Shown piece after piece: positions 27,189-36,724 of a stretch of DNA of 40,273 nucleotides. How positions within the stretch are numbered: position 1 is the stretch's first letter; each line of letters opens with the position of its first letter. The notes beneath the pieces are model-generated. The model made no database searches, was not told where the DNA came from, and saw only the letters and a program-made list of their open reading frames with translations. The stretch comes from Candidatus Methylomirabilota bacterium (GTDB taxonomy: Bacteria > Methylomirabilota > Methylomirabilia > Rokubacteriales > CSP1-6). A program made the position numbers and the translations under genes. The stretch spans positions 1 through 40,273 of the forward strand of contig DATEMW010000076.1 of the NCBI GenBank assembly GCA_035275385.1, in the 5' to 3' direction.

Positions 27189-28067
27189 TCAGTCGGCGGG
27201 AGCGAAGCGGTGGCCGCCGTCTTCGCGCACGATATAGCCCGGCTGCGGGAAGTGTCCGGCCAGGATCAACGTGCCCGAGTCGGCATGCCGCTCGACGAAC
27301 GCGCGCCGGGTCACGCGCGCCTGGGCGGCGTCGTAGCAGAAGCGACTCGACCACTGCGGCTCGGCGACCTGGACCGTCCGGTGCATGAGGTCGCCCGAGA
27401 AGACGGCGGTCCCGGCCGAGGTCGTCAGGCGCACGCAGACGTGGCCGAGCGTGTGACCGACCCAGGGCTCGAAGCGCAGATGCTCGCCGATCTTGAAATC
27501 GCTGTCGACGAGCAGCGCCTGCCCGGCGTCGACCACCGGAACGACGCTGTCGGCGATGCAGCCCGAGTCTTCCCGGCCGGATTCGTTCTCGTACTTCCAG
27601 AACTCCCACTCGGCGCCCGCGATCACGTACTTGGCGTTCGGGAAGGTCGGAACCCAGCGCCCGTCTTTCCAGCGCGTGTTCCAGCCGACGTGGTCGACGT
27701 GCAGGTGCGTGCACACGACGAAATCGACCTGCTCCGGCGTGACGCCGACCGCGGCGAGATCCTCGAGATAGCTCCCGGTCCGCATGTTCCACGCCGGCGC
27801 CAACGTGCGCGCCTTGTCGTTGCCGACCCCGGTGTCGATGAGGATCGTGTGGCGCGGCGTGCGGACGACGTAGGTCTGGATGCGCGAGGCGAGATCGCCC
27901 GTGCGCTCGTCGAAGAAGTGCGGCTTGAGCCAGCGGTGATGGCCGGCGATCACGCCGGCATCGGACTCCGGCAGCATCGACGCGGTCGGGAACGACGAGC
28001 GGTCGATCTCGATCACGCGGGAAATCGTCACCTCACCGAGCTTCATCGTCTGCATCAGGCCCTCCAC
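27189..28067 (-). CDS. MBL-fold metallo-hydrolase
   Basis: The HxHxDH motif is present in VCTHLHVDHVGWN. Confidence 0.88.
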   Translation of the reverse strand: MEGLMQTMKLGEVTISRVIEIDRSSFPTASMLPESDAGVIAGHHRWLKPHFFDERTGDLASRIQTYVVRTPRHTILIDTGVGNDKARTLAPAWNMRTGSYLEDLAAVGVTPEQVDFVVCTHLHVDHVGWNTRWKDGRWVPTFPNAKYVIAGAEWEFWKYENESGREDSGCIADSVVPVVDAGQALLVDSDFKIGEHLRFEPWVGHTLGHVCVRLTTSAGTAVFSGDLMHRTVQVAEPQWSSRFCYDAAQARVTRRAFVERHADSGTLILAGHFPQPGYIVREDGGHRFAPAD

Positions 28068-28164
28068 TCGATTCGCTGATCGGGTCGCCGCACAAGAGTA
28101 TCCTAGCTGGACGGACTCAGCTCACTGCTGTCAACGTGCCGCGACTGAAAGAGGGAGATGTGTC

Positions 28165-28674
28165 ATGGCCGACGACTTCGAATACGTCTCGCACGCGCGC
28201 CTCGAATACCGCGACGGCTATCGCAACGCCTATCTCGGCGAAGTGCCGGAACCCGTCGTGTACGGCGTCCAGGGCGCCCTGCGCCAGTACTACGGCGCCG
28301 CGGAAGGACCGCCGGTCGCATCGACGCTCGATCACATCGTCGCGGCGGTCGCGGGCTGAATGTACGGCACGCTGCGTGGCGCCCTGGCAGGGCGCAAGAT
28401 CGCGTACGATCGTGATTCGTTCAAGGCCGCGGTCGACGGCCGGATCTCCGGCATCGGCAAGACGATCCGGATCAAATCGATTCACGTTCACTATGACGTT
28501 GCGGTGCCGCCCGAGGCGCGCGAGGCGACCGAGCGTGCGCTCCAGGTTCACCTGCAGGGCTGCCCCGCGCATCAGAGCGTGAAGGACGCCATCACCATCA
28601 CGTGGGACGCCGCCCTTCGACTCGGTGACCAGACCATCATGCTGCGAGGCGGACCAGACGAGGCGGCGCAGTAG
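28165..28674 (+). CDS. OsmC-family peroxiredoxin with in-frame TGA at the peroxidatic Cys position (candidate selenoprotein, or a pseudogene)
   Basis: Track ORFs 28165-28359 and 28360-28674 are in the same frame and are separated only by TGA 28357-28359. The joined product STLDHIVAAVAG[TGA]MYGTLRGAL aligns with E. coli OsmC NPEELIGAAHAACFSMALSLML. The second conserved Cys, VHLQGCPAHQSV, aligns with KAGCPVSQV. GAGGGAG lies upstream of ATG 28165. Confidence 0.6.
28362..28407 (+). promoter_or_regulatory. SECIS-like stem-loop downstream of the in-frame UGA
   Basis: The upper stem GCGCCC (28379-28384) pairs with GGGCGC (28390-28395) around the apical loop UGGCA. The lower stem GUACG (28362-28366) pairs with CGUAC (28403-28407). 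The apical loop lies about 28-32 nt 3' of the UGA. Confidence 0.35.
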
Positions 28675-28693
28675 GTAGCCGCAAGGAGGCTGT

Positions 28694-29740
28694 ATGCGTG
28701 GCGTAGTTTTCCTCGGCGGCCGGAAGCTCGAGATGCGTGAGTTCCCCGATCCCACACCCGGACCCGGCGAGGTCGTGGTGGCCATGAAGGCGTCGGGCAT
28801 GTGCGGGAGCGATCTTCACCCGTATCGCGCGGTCGGCAACGCCGCCGCGGCGCTCGGCCTCGGCGGCTCCGGTGGGCCGATCATCGCGGGCCACGAGCCG
28901 TGCGGTGTGGTCGCCGCGCGCGGCGCCGGGGTCAGCGAGACCGACGCGCCGACCGGCCAGCGCGTCATGGTCCATCACTACAAGGGCTGCGGGCGCTGCA
29001 AGCACTGTCGCGTGGGCTGGGCCCAGCTCTGCCGCCAGGGCATCGTCGTCTACGGCATGACCGGCCACGGCGGGCACGCCGCCTACATGACCGTGCCGGC
29101 GTACACGCTCGTTCCCCTGCCCGAGTCGCTGAGCTTCGAGGAAGGCGCGGCGATCTCGTGCGGCACCGGCACGGCGTACGGCGCGCTCAAGCGCCTTGAC
29201 GTCTCGGGCCGCGACACGCTCGCGGTGTTCGGCCAGGGACCGGTCGGGCTCAGCGCGACGTTGCTGGGCCGCGCGATGGGCGCGCGCGTGATCGCGATCG
29301 ACGTCGCGCCGGAGCGTCTGGCGCTCGCGCGCGAGTTCGGCGCCGAGTCGGTCATCAACGCGAAGGAGACCGACCCGGTCGCGGCGCTTCGCGAGCTGAC
29401 GCACGGCGAGGGCGTCGAGACCGCGATGGATTGCACGGGTAATCCCGACGCGCGCGTGGCAGCGGTGCGGAGCGCCACCACCTGGGGCCGCGTTGCGTTC
29501 GTCGGCGAGGGCAACACGACGACGTTCGACATCAGTCAGGACATGATCCGGCGGCAGCTGACGATCCACGCCTCGTGGACGTTCTCGAGCGTGGGTCAGG
29601 CCGAGTGCGCGCGCTTCGTCGCCGATCGCAAGGTGGGGCTCGGGCGGCTGCTCACGCATCGCTTCCGCCTCGAGCAGGCCGACGAAGCTTATCGGTTGTT
29701 CGACACGCAGACCACCGGCAAGGGTGTGTTCATGCTCTGA
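28694..29740 (+). CDS. Zinc-dependent alcohol dehydrogenase (MDR family)
   Basis: GMCGSDLH and GHEPCGVV are present. The structural-Zn motif is GCGRCKHCRVG. The Rossmann motif is VFGQGPVG. AAGGAGG lies upstream of the ATG. Confidence 0.9.
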   Translation: MRGVVFLGGRKLEMREFPDPTPGPGEVVVAMKASGMCGSDLHPYRAVGNAAAALGLGGSGGPIIAGHEPCGVVAARGAGVSETDAPTGQRVMVHHYKGCGRCKHCRVGWAQLCRQGIVVYGMTGHGGHAAYMTVPAYTLVPLPESLSFEEGAAISCGTGTAYGALKRLDVSGRDTLAVFGQGPVGLSATLLGRAMGARVIAIDVAPERLALAREFGAESVINAKETDPVAALRELTHGEGVETAMDCTGNPDARVAAVRSATTWGRVAFVGEGNTTTFDISQDMIRRQLTIHASWTFSSVGQAECARFVADRKVGLGRLLTHRFRLEQADEAYRLFDTQTTGKGVFML

Positions 29741-29745
29741 TCGGC

Positions 29746-29783
29746 CGGCGGCGCCGAGAGCGAGCTCGCCCTCGGCGCCGCTG
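29746..29783. terminator. GC-rich hairpin between convergent genes (possible bidirectional terminator, no U-tract)
   Basis: GGCGCCGAG (29750-29758) pairs with CTCGGCGCC (29771-29779). The loop holds the internal palindrome GCGAGCTCGC. Confidence 0.35.
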
Positions 29784-29789
29784 CCGCGC

Positions 29790-30830
29790 CTACCGCTTCG
29801 GCAGGACCTTCAGGATCGGCTCGAGGTTCTTCGGATCCGGCTTCAGCTGGCCGACGCCGTAGCTGCGCACCGCCGCGACGACCGCGTCGTTGACCGGGGT
29901 CTTCACGCCGCGGCGGGCGCCCTGGTCGCAGACGTAGCCGTTGAGGTAGTCGATCTCGGTACGGCGGCCGCGCATCACGTCCTGGAGCAGCGAGGGTCGT
30001 CCGCCGCCCCGGCGCGCGCCCTCCGCGGCCACGTCCGCCTCGACCTCGGCGAGCCCCTTGCCTTCGTACGCGTCCACGAACCGCTGCGCGACGATGCCGT
30101 AGATCGGCTCGACTTCGAAGCCGCAGGCGCGGCCGACCTTCACGGCCTCACCGCCCACGTAGATCGCGATGAGCCGGGGCGTCGGCAAGGACCGCACCTC
30201 GGCGGTGCCGAGCCCGGAGAGCCCGGCGATCGGATTCGCCATGCAGTTCACGGCGAGCTTCGACCAGCGCTCGCCGAAGAGGTTCGTGGTGACCTTCGTC
30301 ACCGCGACGTCGCTCATGATCTTGGCCAGCTCTTTGGCGCGCTCGGTCTCCTTGCCGTCGAGCTCGCCGATCTTGAAGCCGATCGCGCCGGTGTCGGTAC
30401 GCATCGCGTGGCCCGGCTCGTACATGCCGGCGCCGATCGTGATGACGCTGCCGAGCGTGCGCTCGCGCCCGGCGATGGCCGCGACACGCTCGTCGTTGAT
30501 CCCATTCTGGAAGTCGACCACGATGCCGTTCGGCTTCTTGAGGTACTGGACGCCGAGATGGGTCGCCCACTCGGTGTCGTACGACTTGACCGAGATGAAG
30601 ACCGCATCGAACGGCTCGCCGATCGCCTGGGCTTCGTAGATGTGCAGCGCCTTGACCGGGATGATGTGGTCGCCGCACGTCCCGCTGAGGCGCAGGCCGT
30701 TCTTCCGCATCGTCTCGATGTGCTGGGGCCACTGGTCGATCAAGGTGACGTCGTGCCCCGCTTTGGTCAGCATGCCGCCGACGACGCTGCCGATCGCCCC
30801 GGCCCCGATGATGCCGATTCGCATTGCCAT
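29790..30830 (-). CDS. Ketopantoate reductase (PanE/ApbA) family oxidoreductase
   Basis: The N-terminal Rossmann motif is MRIGIIGAGAIGSVVGGML. The C-terminal TEIDYLNGYV is typical of the family. The start may be the third codon (30824). Confidence 0.88.
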   Translation of the reverse strand: MAMRIGIIGAGAIGSVVGGMLTKAGHDVTLIDQWPQHIETMRKNGLRLSGTCGDHIIPVKALHIYEAQAIGEPFDAVFISVKSYDTEWATHLGVQYLKKPNGIVVDFQNGINDERVAAIAGRERTLGSVITIGAGMYEPGHAMRTDTGAIGFKIGELDGKETERAKELAKIMSDVAVTKVTTNLFGERWSKLAVNCMANPIAGLSGLGTAEVRSLPTPRLIAIYVGGEAVKVGRACGFEVEPIYGIVAQRFVDAYEGKGLAEVEADVAAEGARRGGGRPSLLQDVMRGRRTEIDYLNGYVCDQGARRGVKTPVNDAVVAAVRSYGVGQLKPDPKNLEPILKVLPKR

Positions 30831-30907
30831 AGCTCCCTCCGGTTATTGACGCTTCGACCCGGCGGGCCTGCCCCGCTTCGGGCCGGAGCATGATAACTTG
30901 AACCGCC

Positions 30908-32083
30908 ATGACCTACGACTTCGATCGCCTCGTCGACCGCCGCAGCACCGACAGCTCCAAGTGGCAGAAGTACGGGCCGGACGTGTTGCCGCTCTGGGTG
31001 GCGGACATGGATTTCCAGTCACCCGAGCCGGTGATCCGCGCGCTCCGCGAGCGGGTCGAGCACGGCGTCTTCGGCTACCTGGCGTTCGAGCAGCCGGAAT
31101 TCCACGAGCTGTTCGCCGATCGGCTGCTGAAGCGGTACGGCTGGCGCGTCTCGCCGGACGCGGTCGTGATCATCCCGGGCGTCATCCCGGGCTTCAACGT
31201 GGCAGGCCGCATCCTGTCGGCGCCGGGCGACGGGCTCATTCTCCAGACGCCGGTCTATCCGCCGATCCTCCGCGCGGCCAGCAGCATCGGGCTCACGCGC
31301 GAAGAGGCGCCGCTGGCGCGCCGCGCCGACGGCCGCTACGAGGTCGACGTCGACGCGTTCTCAGCCGGGATCCGCGAGCGCACGCGCTTCTTCCTGCTCT
31401 GCAATCCGCATAATCCGGTCGGCCGCGTGTTCACGCGCGACGAGCTCACGAGCCTGGCCCAGGTGTGCCTGCGCCGCGGCCTCGCGATCGTGTCCGACGA
31501 GATCCACTGCGAGCTGACCCTCGGCGCCAGTCGCCACACGCCGATCGCCTCGCTCGATCCCGAGATCGCCGAGCGGACCATCACCTTGATGGCGCCGAGC
31601 AAGACGTTCAACCTCGCCGGACTCAAGTGCTCGGTCGCGATCATTCCGAACGCCAGGCTGCGTGAGCAGTTCGTCAACGGACGCATCGATCTCGTGCAGA
31701 CCGTGAACGTGTTCGGCTACACCGCGGCCTTCGCCGCCTACCGCGACGGCCAGCCGTGGCTCGACGAGCTCCTGCGCTATCTGGAAGCCAACCGCGATTT
31801 CGTCGCGCAGTACGTGCGGGATCGGCTGCCGGGTGTGTCGGTGTTCCCGCCCGAGGCGACCTACCTGGCGTGGCTCGACTGCACGAAGGCGGGCGAAGCG
31901 GCGCGCGACCCGTTCACGTACTTCCTCGAGCGAGCGCGGGTGGCGCTGAACGACGGGACCCTGTTCGGCCCGGGCGGCACGGGATTCGTGCGGCTCAACT
32001 TCGGCTGCCCGCGCCCGCTGCTCGCACAGGCGCTCGACCGCATGCGGGAGGCCCTCACGGCCGACCGAGCAGCGCGCGTCTGA
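30908..32083 (+). CDS. PLP-dependent C-S lyase / aminotransferase (MalY/PatB family)
   Basis: The family-typical N-terminus is FDRLVDRRSTDSSKWQKYG. The Lys block is MAPSKTFNLAGLK. Confidence 0.9.
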   Translation: MTYDFDRLVDRRSTDSSKWQKYGPDVLPLWVADMDFQSPEPVIRALRERVEHGVFGYLAFEQPEFHELFADRLLKRYGWRVSPDAVVIIPGVIPGFNVAGRILSAPGDGLILQTPVYPPILRAASSIGLTREEAPLARRADGRYEVDVDAFSAGIRERTRFFLLCNPHNPVGRVFTRDELTSLAQVCLRRGLAIVSDEIHCELTLGASRHTPIASLDPEIAERTITLMAPSKTFNLAGLKCSVAIIPNARLREQFVNGRIDLVQTVNVFGYTAAFAAYRDGQPWLDELLRYLEANRDFVAQYVRDRLPGVSVFPPEATYLAWLDCTKAGEAARDPFTYFLERARVALNDGTLFGPGGTGFVRLNFGCPRPLLAQALDRMREALTADRAARV

Positions 32084-32549
32084 GCTGATCGAGGTGGTTG
32101 TCGTCGTGCCAGGCCATCACCGATAGGAACTCGTCGATGGTGCGCCGCCCGCGCGAATCCGCGTGAAGCCCCGCCCGCGCCCAGGCCTCGGGCGCGAGCG
32201 GCCGCAGGAACTCGAGCGTCTCGCGGCGCCGCCGGGTGAACGCGGCGAGCGCGACAACGGCGTCGTTGGTCAGGTACTGGCGCTCGTCGGCCCAGCGATC
32301 GGGATTCGTCGCGACGAATCGCGGCAGGTCCATCGCCACGATCATTCGCATGCGCTCGAGGAACCACTCCTCGTTGTCCCTGAGGTGACACACGACCTCG
32401 TTCGGCGCCCAGCTCTTCGGCGCCGGCCGGCGCGCGAGGACGGCCGCGTCGGCGCCGCGGACGGCCTCGGTCAGCTCGTCGGGCGTGCGCGTGATCCGCG
32501 CCAGCCGCTCCTCACGGGGCCGGCGCGCGTAGTCCTCGATGCTCGGCAC
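32055..32549 (-). CDS. DinB-family (DinB_2) protein
   Basis: WAPNEVVCHLRDNEEWF and WHDDNHLDQL form the His-triad pattern. Confidence 0.85.
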   Translation of the reverse strand: MPSIEDYARRPREERLARITRTPDELTEAVRGADAAVLARRPAPKSWAPNEVVCHLRDNEEWFLERMRMIVAMDLPRFVATNPDRWADERQYLTNDAVVALAAFTRRRRETLEFLRPLAPEAWARAGLHADSRGRRTIDEFLSVMAWHDDNHLDQLRRALLGRP

Positions 32550-32567
32550 GATTCGCCTCCGCCGAGA

Positions 32568-34304
32568 CTATGGTAGCCGAGGGCCCGGCGAGCTAGCGGC
32601 TCGCGCCCGCGCCAGTCCAGCGCGTCCGATGGGCGACGCGCCGTCGATCGCCAGGGCACGCTCCAGATACGGAACGGCCTCCGACGGCCGGCCGAGATCG
32701 AGCAGCGAGAGTCCGAGGTTCATCAGCGCGGTCACGTTTCGCGGATCGTCCCGGCTCGCGCGCTCGAACTGGACGCTCGCCTCGGCGAGCTTGCCCTGAC
32801 TGACGAGCGCGAGCCCGAGCCGCGTGCGGGTTTCGGCGTCGGCCGGCTCGGCGGCCAACATGCGCTCGAACTGAGCCGCGGCCTCCGCCGGCCGCCCGGC
32901 CTTCAGCAGCGCCAGCCCGAGGTTGCCGCGATGACGCACGTTGGCCGGCCGCAGCGTGACCACCCGCTCGAAGTGAGCGATTGCTTCACCGAGCTGGCCG
33001 CGGTTGCCGAGCAGCGCGCCCCACTGCCCGTGACAGAAGGCGCAATTCGGATCGACCGCGAGCGCGCGCTGCCAGAGCGCCTCCGCGTCGCGCCATATCG
33101 GAAGCTGCTCCGCGGCCAGCACCGAGAGCCCGACGATCCAACCGAGCGCACCGACGACGACGGCGGCGCGCAGGGGCGGCGCGATCGCCGCGCTCGACAC
33201 CACCGCGGCCACCGCGGCGCCGACGAGCAGTGCCAGGCCGAGGCACGAGAGATAGCTGTAGCGATCGGCGACGAGCTGCGGCCCGTTGTGCACGATGCCG
33301 CTCACCGGGGCGAGCGTGAGCCCGTAGACGAGCCAGACGGCCAACCCCGCGGGCCAGCGCCGGCGCGCGAGGACGAGCACGACGGTCAGCGCCACGGCGA
33401 TCAGCGCCGCCGCCAGGAACCGCGGGCTCGTCAGCGCAACCTTCGCCGGCAGCTCGTACATCGGCGACAGCTCGAGCGGCACGAGCGTCTTGACGACGTA
33501 GAACGCGAAGCTGTAGAGCGCCATCGCTAACCGCGCCGACGGCGGATACGCCACAGCCGACGTGAGCCCGACCTTCGCCACGACGACCAGGACCGACACC
33601 GCGGCGGCGGCAAGCGCGAGGGCGAGATACGGAACCTTCTCGAGCAGCACGCGTCGCCAGTTGCTCTGCGCCCGGCGCAACGGATAGACGTCGAGCACCA
33701 GGAGCACCAGCGGCAGCGACATGATGAGCGACTTGGACAGTAAGCCGAGCGCGTACGCCGCGATGGAGGCGAGAAGCCAACGGCGGCGCATCACCCCTTC
33801 CGCGTCGCATGCTCGCAGGTACGCGAGCACGGTGAGCAAGCAGAACAGCGCCGACAGCACATCGCGCCGCTCGGTGATCCACGCGACCGACTCGACGCGC
33901 AGCGGATGCACGGCGAAGAACAGTGCAGCGGCGGCGGCGCCGAGTGTGACCGCCCACGGCCGCGCCGCCGGCAGGCCGAGCGTCAGCAGGCGACGCCCCA
34001 GCTGATAGAAGAGCGCGGCGTTGGCCGCGTGCAGCAGCACGTTCGTGAGGTGATACCCGAACGCGTTCATTCCCCACACGGCGTGATCGACGCCGAAGCT
34101 GAGCCATGTCACCGGGATCCAGTGGCCCATGACCGCGCTGGTGAAGGCCCAGCGGACCTGGGTCCAGCCCAGGCCGCGGTAGAACGGATTGGTCAGGAAG
34201 TTGCGGTCGTCGTCCCAGAGGAGGAAACCGTACTGGAGCGCCGGCGCGAACACCGCGAAGGCGATCGCGGCGATCGCGAACGGCGCGATCCGCCGGACCA
34301 TCAT
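32568..34304 (-). CDS. Polytopic membrane glycosyltransferase-like protein (PMT/TMTC-like) with C-terminal TPR repeats
   Basis: The first-loop motif is LWDDDRNFLTNPFYRGL, followed by about 10 TM helices. The C-terminus carries tandem TPR repeats (GQLGEAIAHFERVVTLRPANV...). The start is taken at MMVRRIAP; the track ORF extends to 34376. Confidence 0.8.
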   Translation of the reverse strand: MMVRRIAPFAIAAIAFAVFAPALQYGFLLWDDDRNFLTNPFYRGLGWTQVRWAFTSAVMGHWIPVTWLSFGVDHAVWGMNAFGYHLTNVLLHAANAALFYQLGRRLLTLGLPAARPWAVTLGAAAAALFFAVHPLRVESVAWITERRDVLSALFCLLTVLAYLRACDAEGVMRRRWLLASIAAYALGLLSKSLIMSLPLVLLVLDVYPLRRAQSNWRRVLLEKVPYLALALAAAAVSVLVVVAKVGLTSAVAYPPSARLAMALYSFAFYVVKTLVPLELSPMYELPAKVALTSPRFLAAALIAVALTVVLVLARRRWPAGLAVWLVYGLTLAPVSGIVHNGPQLVADRYSYLSCLGLALLVGAAVAAVVSSAAIAPPLRAAVVVGALGWIVGLSVLAAEQLPIWRDAEALWQRALAVDPNCAFCHGQWGALLGNRGQLGEAIAHFERVVTLRPANVRHRGNLGLALLKAGRPAEAAAQFERMLAAEPADAETRTRLGLALVSQGKLAEASVQFERASRDDPRNVTALMNLGLSLLDLGRPSEAVPYLERALAIDGASPIGRAGLARARAASSPGPRLP

Positions 34305-34386
34305 GTCGACACTCGTGGCGCGAGGCTCGGTATCGATCGCCCTTCCACTATAGGGCGACGCGCGCCGTCCGACCAAAAACGACCGC

Positions 34387-36213
34387 TCAGCGCTTGAGCA
34401 GATACGGCACGTCGGCCACGACGGTGTTCCGCCGAAACAGCAGCGCCCCCTTGACCAGGAGCGCGGTCTGGTTGTGCAGGACGTGCTGCCACCAGTGGCG
34501 CGGCAGGAACTCCGGCAGCACGATCGTCACCATCTGGTCGTCGCCGCGCGACTGGATCTGGTCCAGATAGTCGAGGAACGGCCGCAGGAGCGAGCGGTAG
34601 GGCGAGGTCAGCACGACCAGCGGCACGCCGAGGCCCCACTTGCCCCAGCGCTCCTCGAGCCGGGCCGTGCGGGTCGGGTCGGTCTCGACGTAGACGGCGC
34701 GAACGACCGCGGTCGGCGCCAGGGTCCGCGCGTACTGCACCGCCCGGACGACGCCGCGATGGACGTCGCCGATCAGCACCAGCACCGTGTGCTGGAACTT
34801 CGGCGGGCCGTCGAAGCCCTCCAGCGAGAGCTCGCGCGCCACCTCGGCGTAGTGACGGTGCATGACGACGAACGTCGTGACCAGGATCGGAATGACGACG
34901 ACGACGATCCAGGCGCCCTCGACGAACTTGGTGACCGCGAGCGTCAGCAGCACGACCCCGGTCACGAGCGCGCCGGTTCCGTTGATCCACACGCGCCATC
35001 GCCACCCCGGCTCGCGCAGCCGCAGCCAGCGCCGCACCATCCCGCTCTGCGACAAGGTGAACGACAGGAACACGCCGACGGCATAGAGCGGAAGCAGCGC
35101 GTGGGTATCGCCCTGGAAAAGGATGATCAACAGGATGGCGAACCCGCTGAGGATCAGGATGCCGTTGGAGTAGACGAGCCGGTCGCCCTGGTTCGCGAAC
35201 TGACGCGGCACGAACCGATCGCGCGCGAGGATCGACGACAGCCGCGGAAAATCGGCATACGAGGTGTTCGCGGCCAGCACCAGGATCAGCAAGGTTGACG
35301 CCTGGACCAGGTAGTACGGCACGCCGTTGCCCCACACCCGGCGGGCGATCATCGACACGACGGTCTCGTCGCCGCCGGGAATGATCCCGAAGTCGTACGC
35401 GAGATACGTGATGCCCAGGAACATCACGATCGAGATGACGCCGAGCGCCGTCATGACGGCCTGGGCATTGCGTCCTTCCGGCGCCTTGAGCGCCTGGACG
35501 CCGTTGGACACGGCCTCGACGCCCGTCAGCGCGGTGCACCCGGCCGCGTAACTTCGCAGGAGCAGGAAGAGGCCGAGGCCCTCCAGGCCCGGCGGATGCG
35601 GCTGATACGGCGCCTCCGGCAGCCAGTGGAAGATCGCACCGACGACGCCGAACCCGACGGTGCCGAGGATGCACGTCACGAAGAAATAGGTCGGCGCTGC
35701 GAAGAGCCGGCCGGACTCGCGCACACCGCGGAGGTTACCGAGCGAGATGCCGACGACCGCGAGCACACTGAGCACGATCCGGTAGGGGTGCAGCCAGGAC
35801 ACCGCCGAGGTCAAGGCCGCGATGCCGGCGACGACGGAGACCGCGACCGTCAGCACGTAGTCGACCAGCAGGGCCGCGGCGGCGATGAGCGCGGGGTACT
35901 GGCCGATGTTGTCCTTGGCGACGATGTACGCGCCGCCCCCCTGCGGGTACGCCCCGACGGTCTGCCGATACGAGACCACCACGATCGCCAGGAGCGCGGC
36001 GATACCCAGCGCGACCGGAAGCGAGTAGCTGAGGGCAGCCGAGCCGGCGAGTGTGAGCACGAGCAGGATTTCCTCGGTCGCGTACGCCACCGAGGAAAGC
36101 GGGTCCGAGGCGAAGACCGCCAGCGCGACGGTCTTGTTCAGGCGCTCGTGTCGCGCCTGTGCCAGCGGCATCCGGGCACCGAGCAGGAGGCGCTTGGCGA
36201 GAGCGAGTCGCAT
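34387..36213 (-). CDS. APC-superfamily permease with C-terminal cytoplasmic extension (608 aa)
   Basis: LNKTVALAVFASDPLSSVAYATEEIL is the typical N-terminal signature of this long APC subfamily. About 12 TM helices are followed by a soluble tail of roughly 170 aa. Confidence 0.88.
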   Translation of the reverse strand: MRLALAKRLLLGARMPLAQARHERLNKTVALAVFASDPLSSVAYATEEILLVLTLAGSAALSYSLPVALGIAALLAIVVVSYRQTVGAYPQGGGAYIVAKDNIGQYPALIAAAALLVDYVLTVAVSVVAGIAALTSAVSWLHPYRIVLSVLAVVGISLGNLRGVRESGRLFAAPTYFFVTCILGTVGFGVVGAIFHWLPEAPYQPHPPGLEGLGLFLLLRSYAAGCTALTGVEAVSNGVQALKAPEGRNAQAVMTALGVISIVMFLGITYLAYDFGIIPGGDETVVSMIARRVWGNGVPYYLVQASTLLILVLAANTSYADFPRLSSILARDRFVPRQFANQGDRLVYSNGILILSGFAILLIILFQGDTHALLPLYAVGVFLSFTLSQSGMVRRWLRLREPGWRWRVWINGTGALVTGVVLLTLAVTKFVEGAWIVVVVIPILVTTFVVMHRHYAEVARELSLEGFDGPPKFQHTVLVLIGDVHRGVVRAVQYARTLAPTAVVRAVYVETDPTRTARLEERWGKWGLGVPLVVLTSPYRSLLRPFLDYLDQIQSRGDDQMVTIVLPEFLPRHWWQHVLHNQTALLVKGALLFRRNTVVADVPYLLKR

Positions 36214-36349
36214 GGCGTCAATCGACTCTACGCTCGGGCGCCGCGCGCGGTGCCCGTCGACCGCGATTTTTACGGCTTCTTAACGCGTACCGCGGGAGTC
36301 TTGACGCGGGTTTGAGACCGCGCGTGTCACCGTAGCTTCGAGCATCGCG

Positions 36350-36715
36350 ATGTGTGACACCCGCGAACGTTCGCTGGAGTCGCTGACGGTGGCGCGCCCG
36401 CCCTGGTGGAGTCTTTACGGGCGGGCGGGCCTCATGCTGACGGCACTCCTCTTGGTGCGGGTCCTCGTCAGCAACGGGACCGAGCTCACGGTGCTGGAAT
36501 GCGCGCTGGTCGTAACGGGTTTCGTCGCCATGGCCCGGTGGGCGCGCCGGAACCGCGCGGCGCTGGACCGCCTCGAGTGGTGCGACTGCGCGAGCTCACG
36601 CGTGACGATGCGGGTGATCCCTTCACGGCGCGGCCGATTCGCGAACGTCGAGGCAGCCGAGCCTGCGCCGGCGCGCGACGTCGAACCGGCGATGGCGGAC
36701 CTGGTGTCGCGGTAG
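36350..36715 (+). CDS. Hypothetical small membrane protein (two predicted TM helices)
   Basis: This is an ORF only, with no recognisable motif. It is the only long ORF filling the gap between the divergent and convergent neighbours. Confidence 0.35.
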   Translation: MCDTRERSLESLTVARPPWWSLYGRAGLMLTALLLVRVLVSNGTELTVLECALVVTGFVAMARWARRNRAALDRLEWCDCASSRVTMRVIPSRRGRFANVEAAEPAPARDVEPAMADLVSR

Positions 36716-36724
36716 CTGCCGGGC

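Noticed and set aside
28117-29659. Minus-strand ORFs of 227 aa and 340 aa overlapping the OsmC and ADH genes.
   Set aside because: No motifs are present, the composition is Arg/Ala-rich, and they are antisense to genes with SD sequences and clear signatures.
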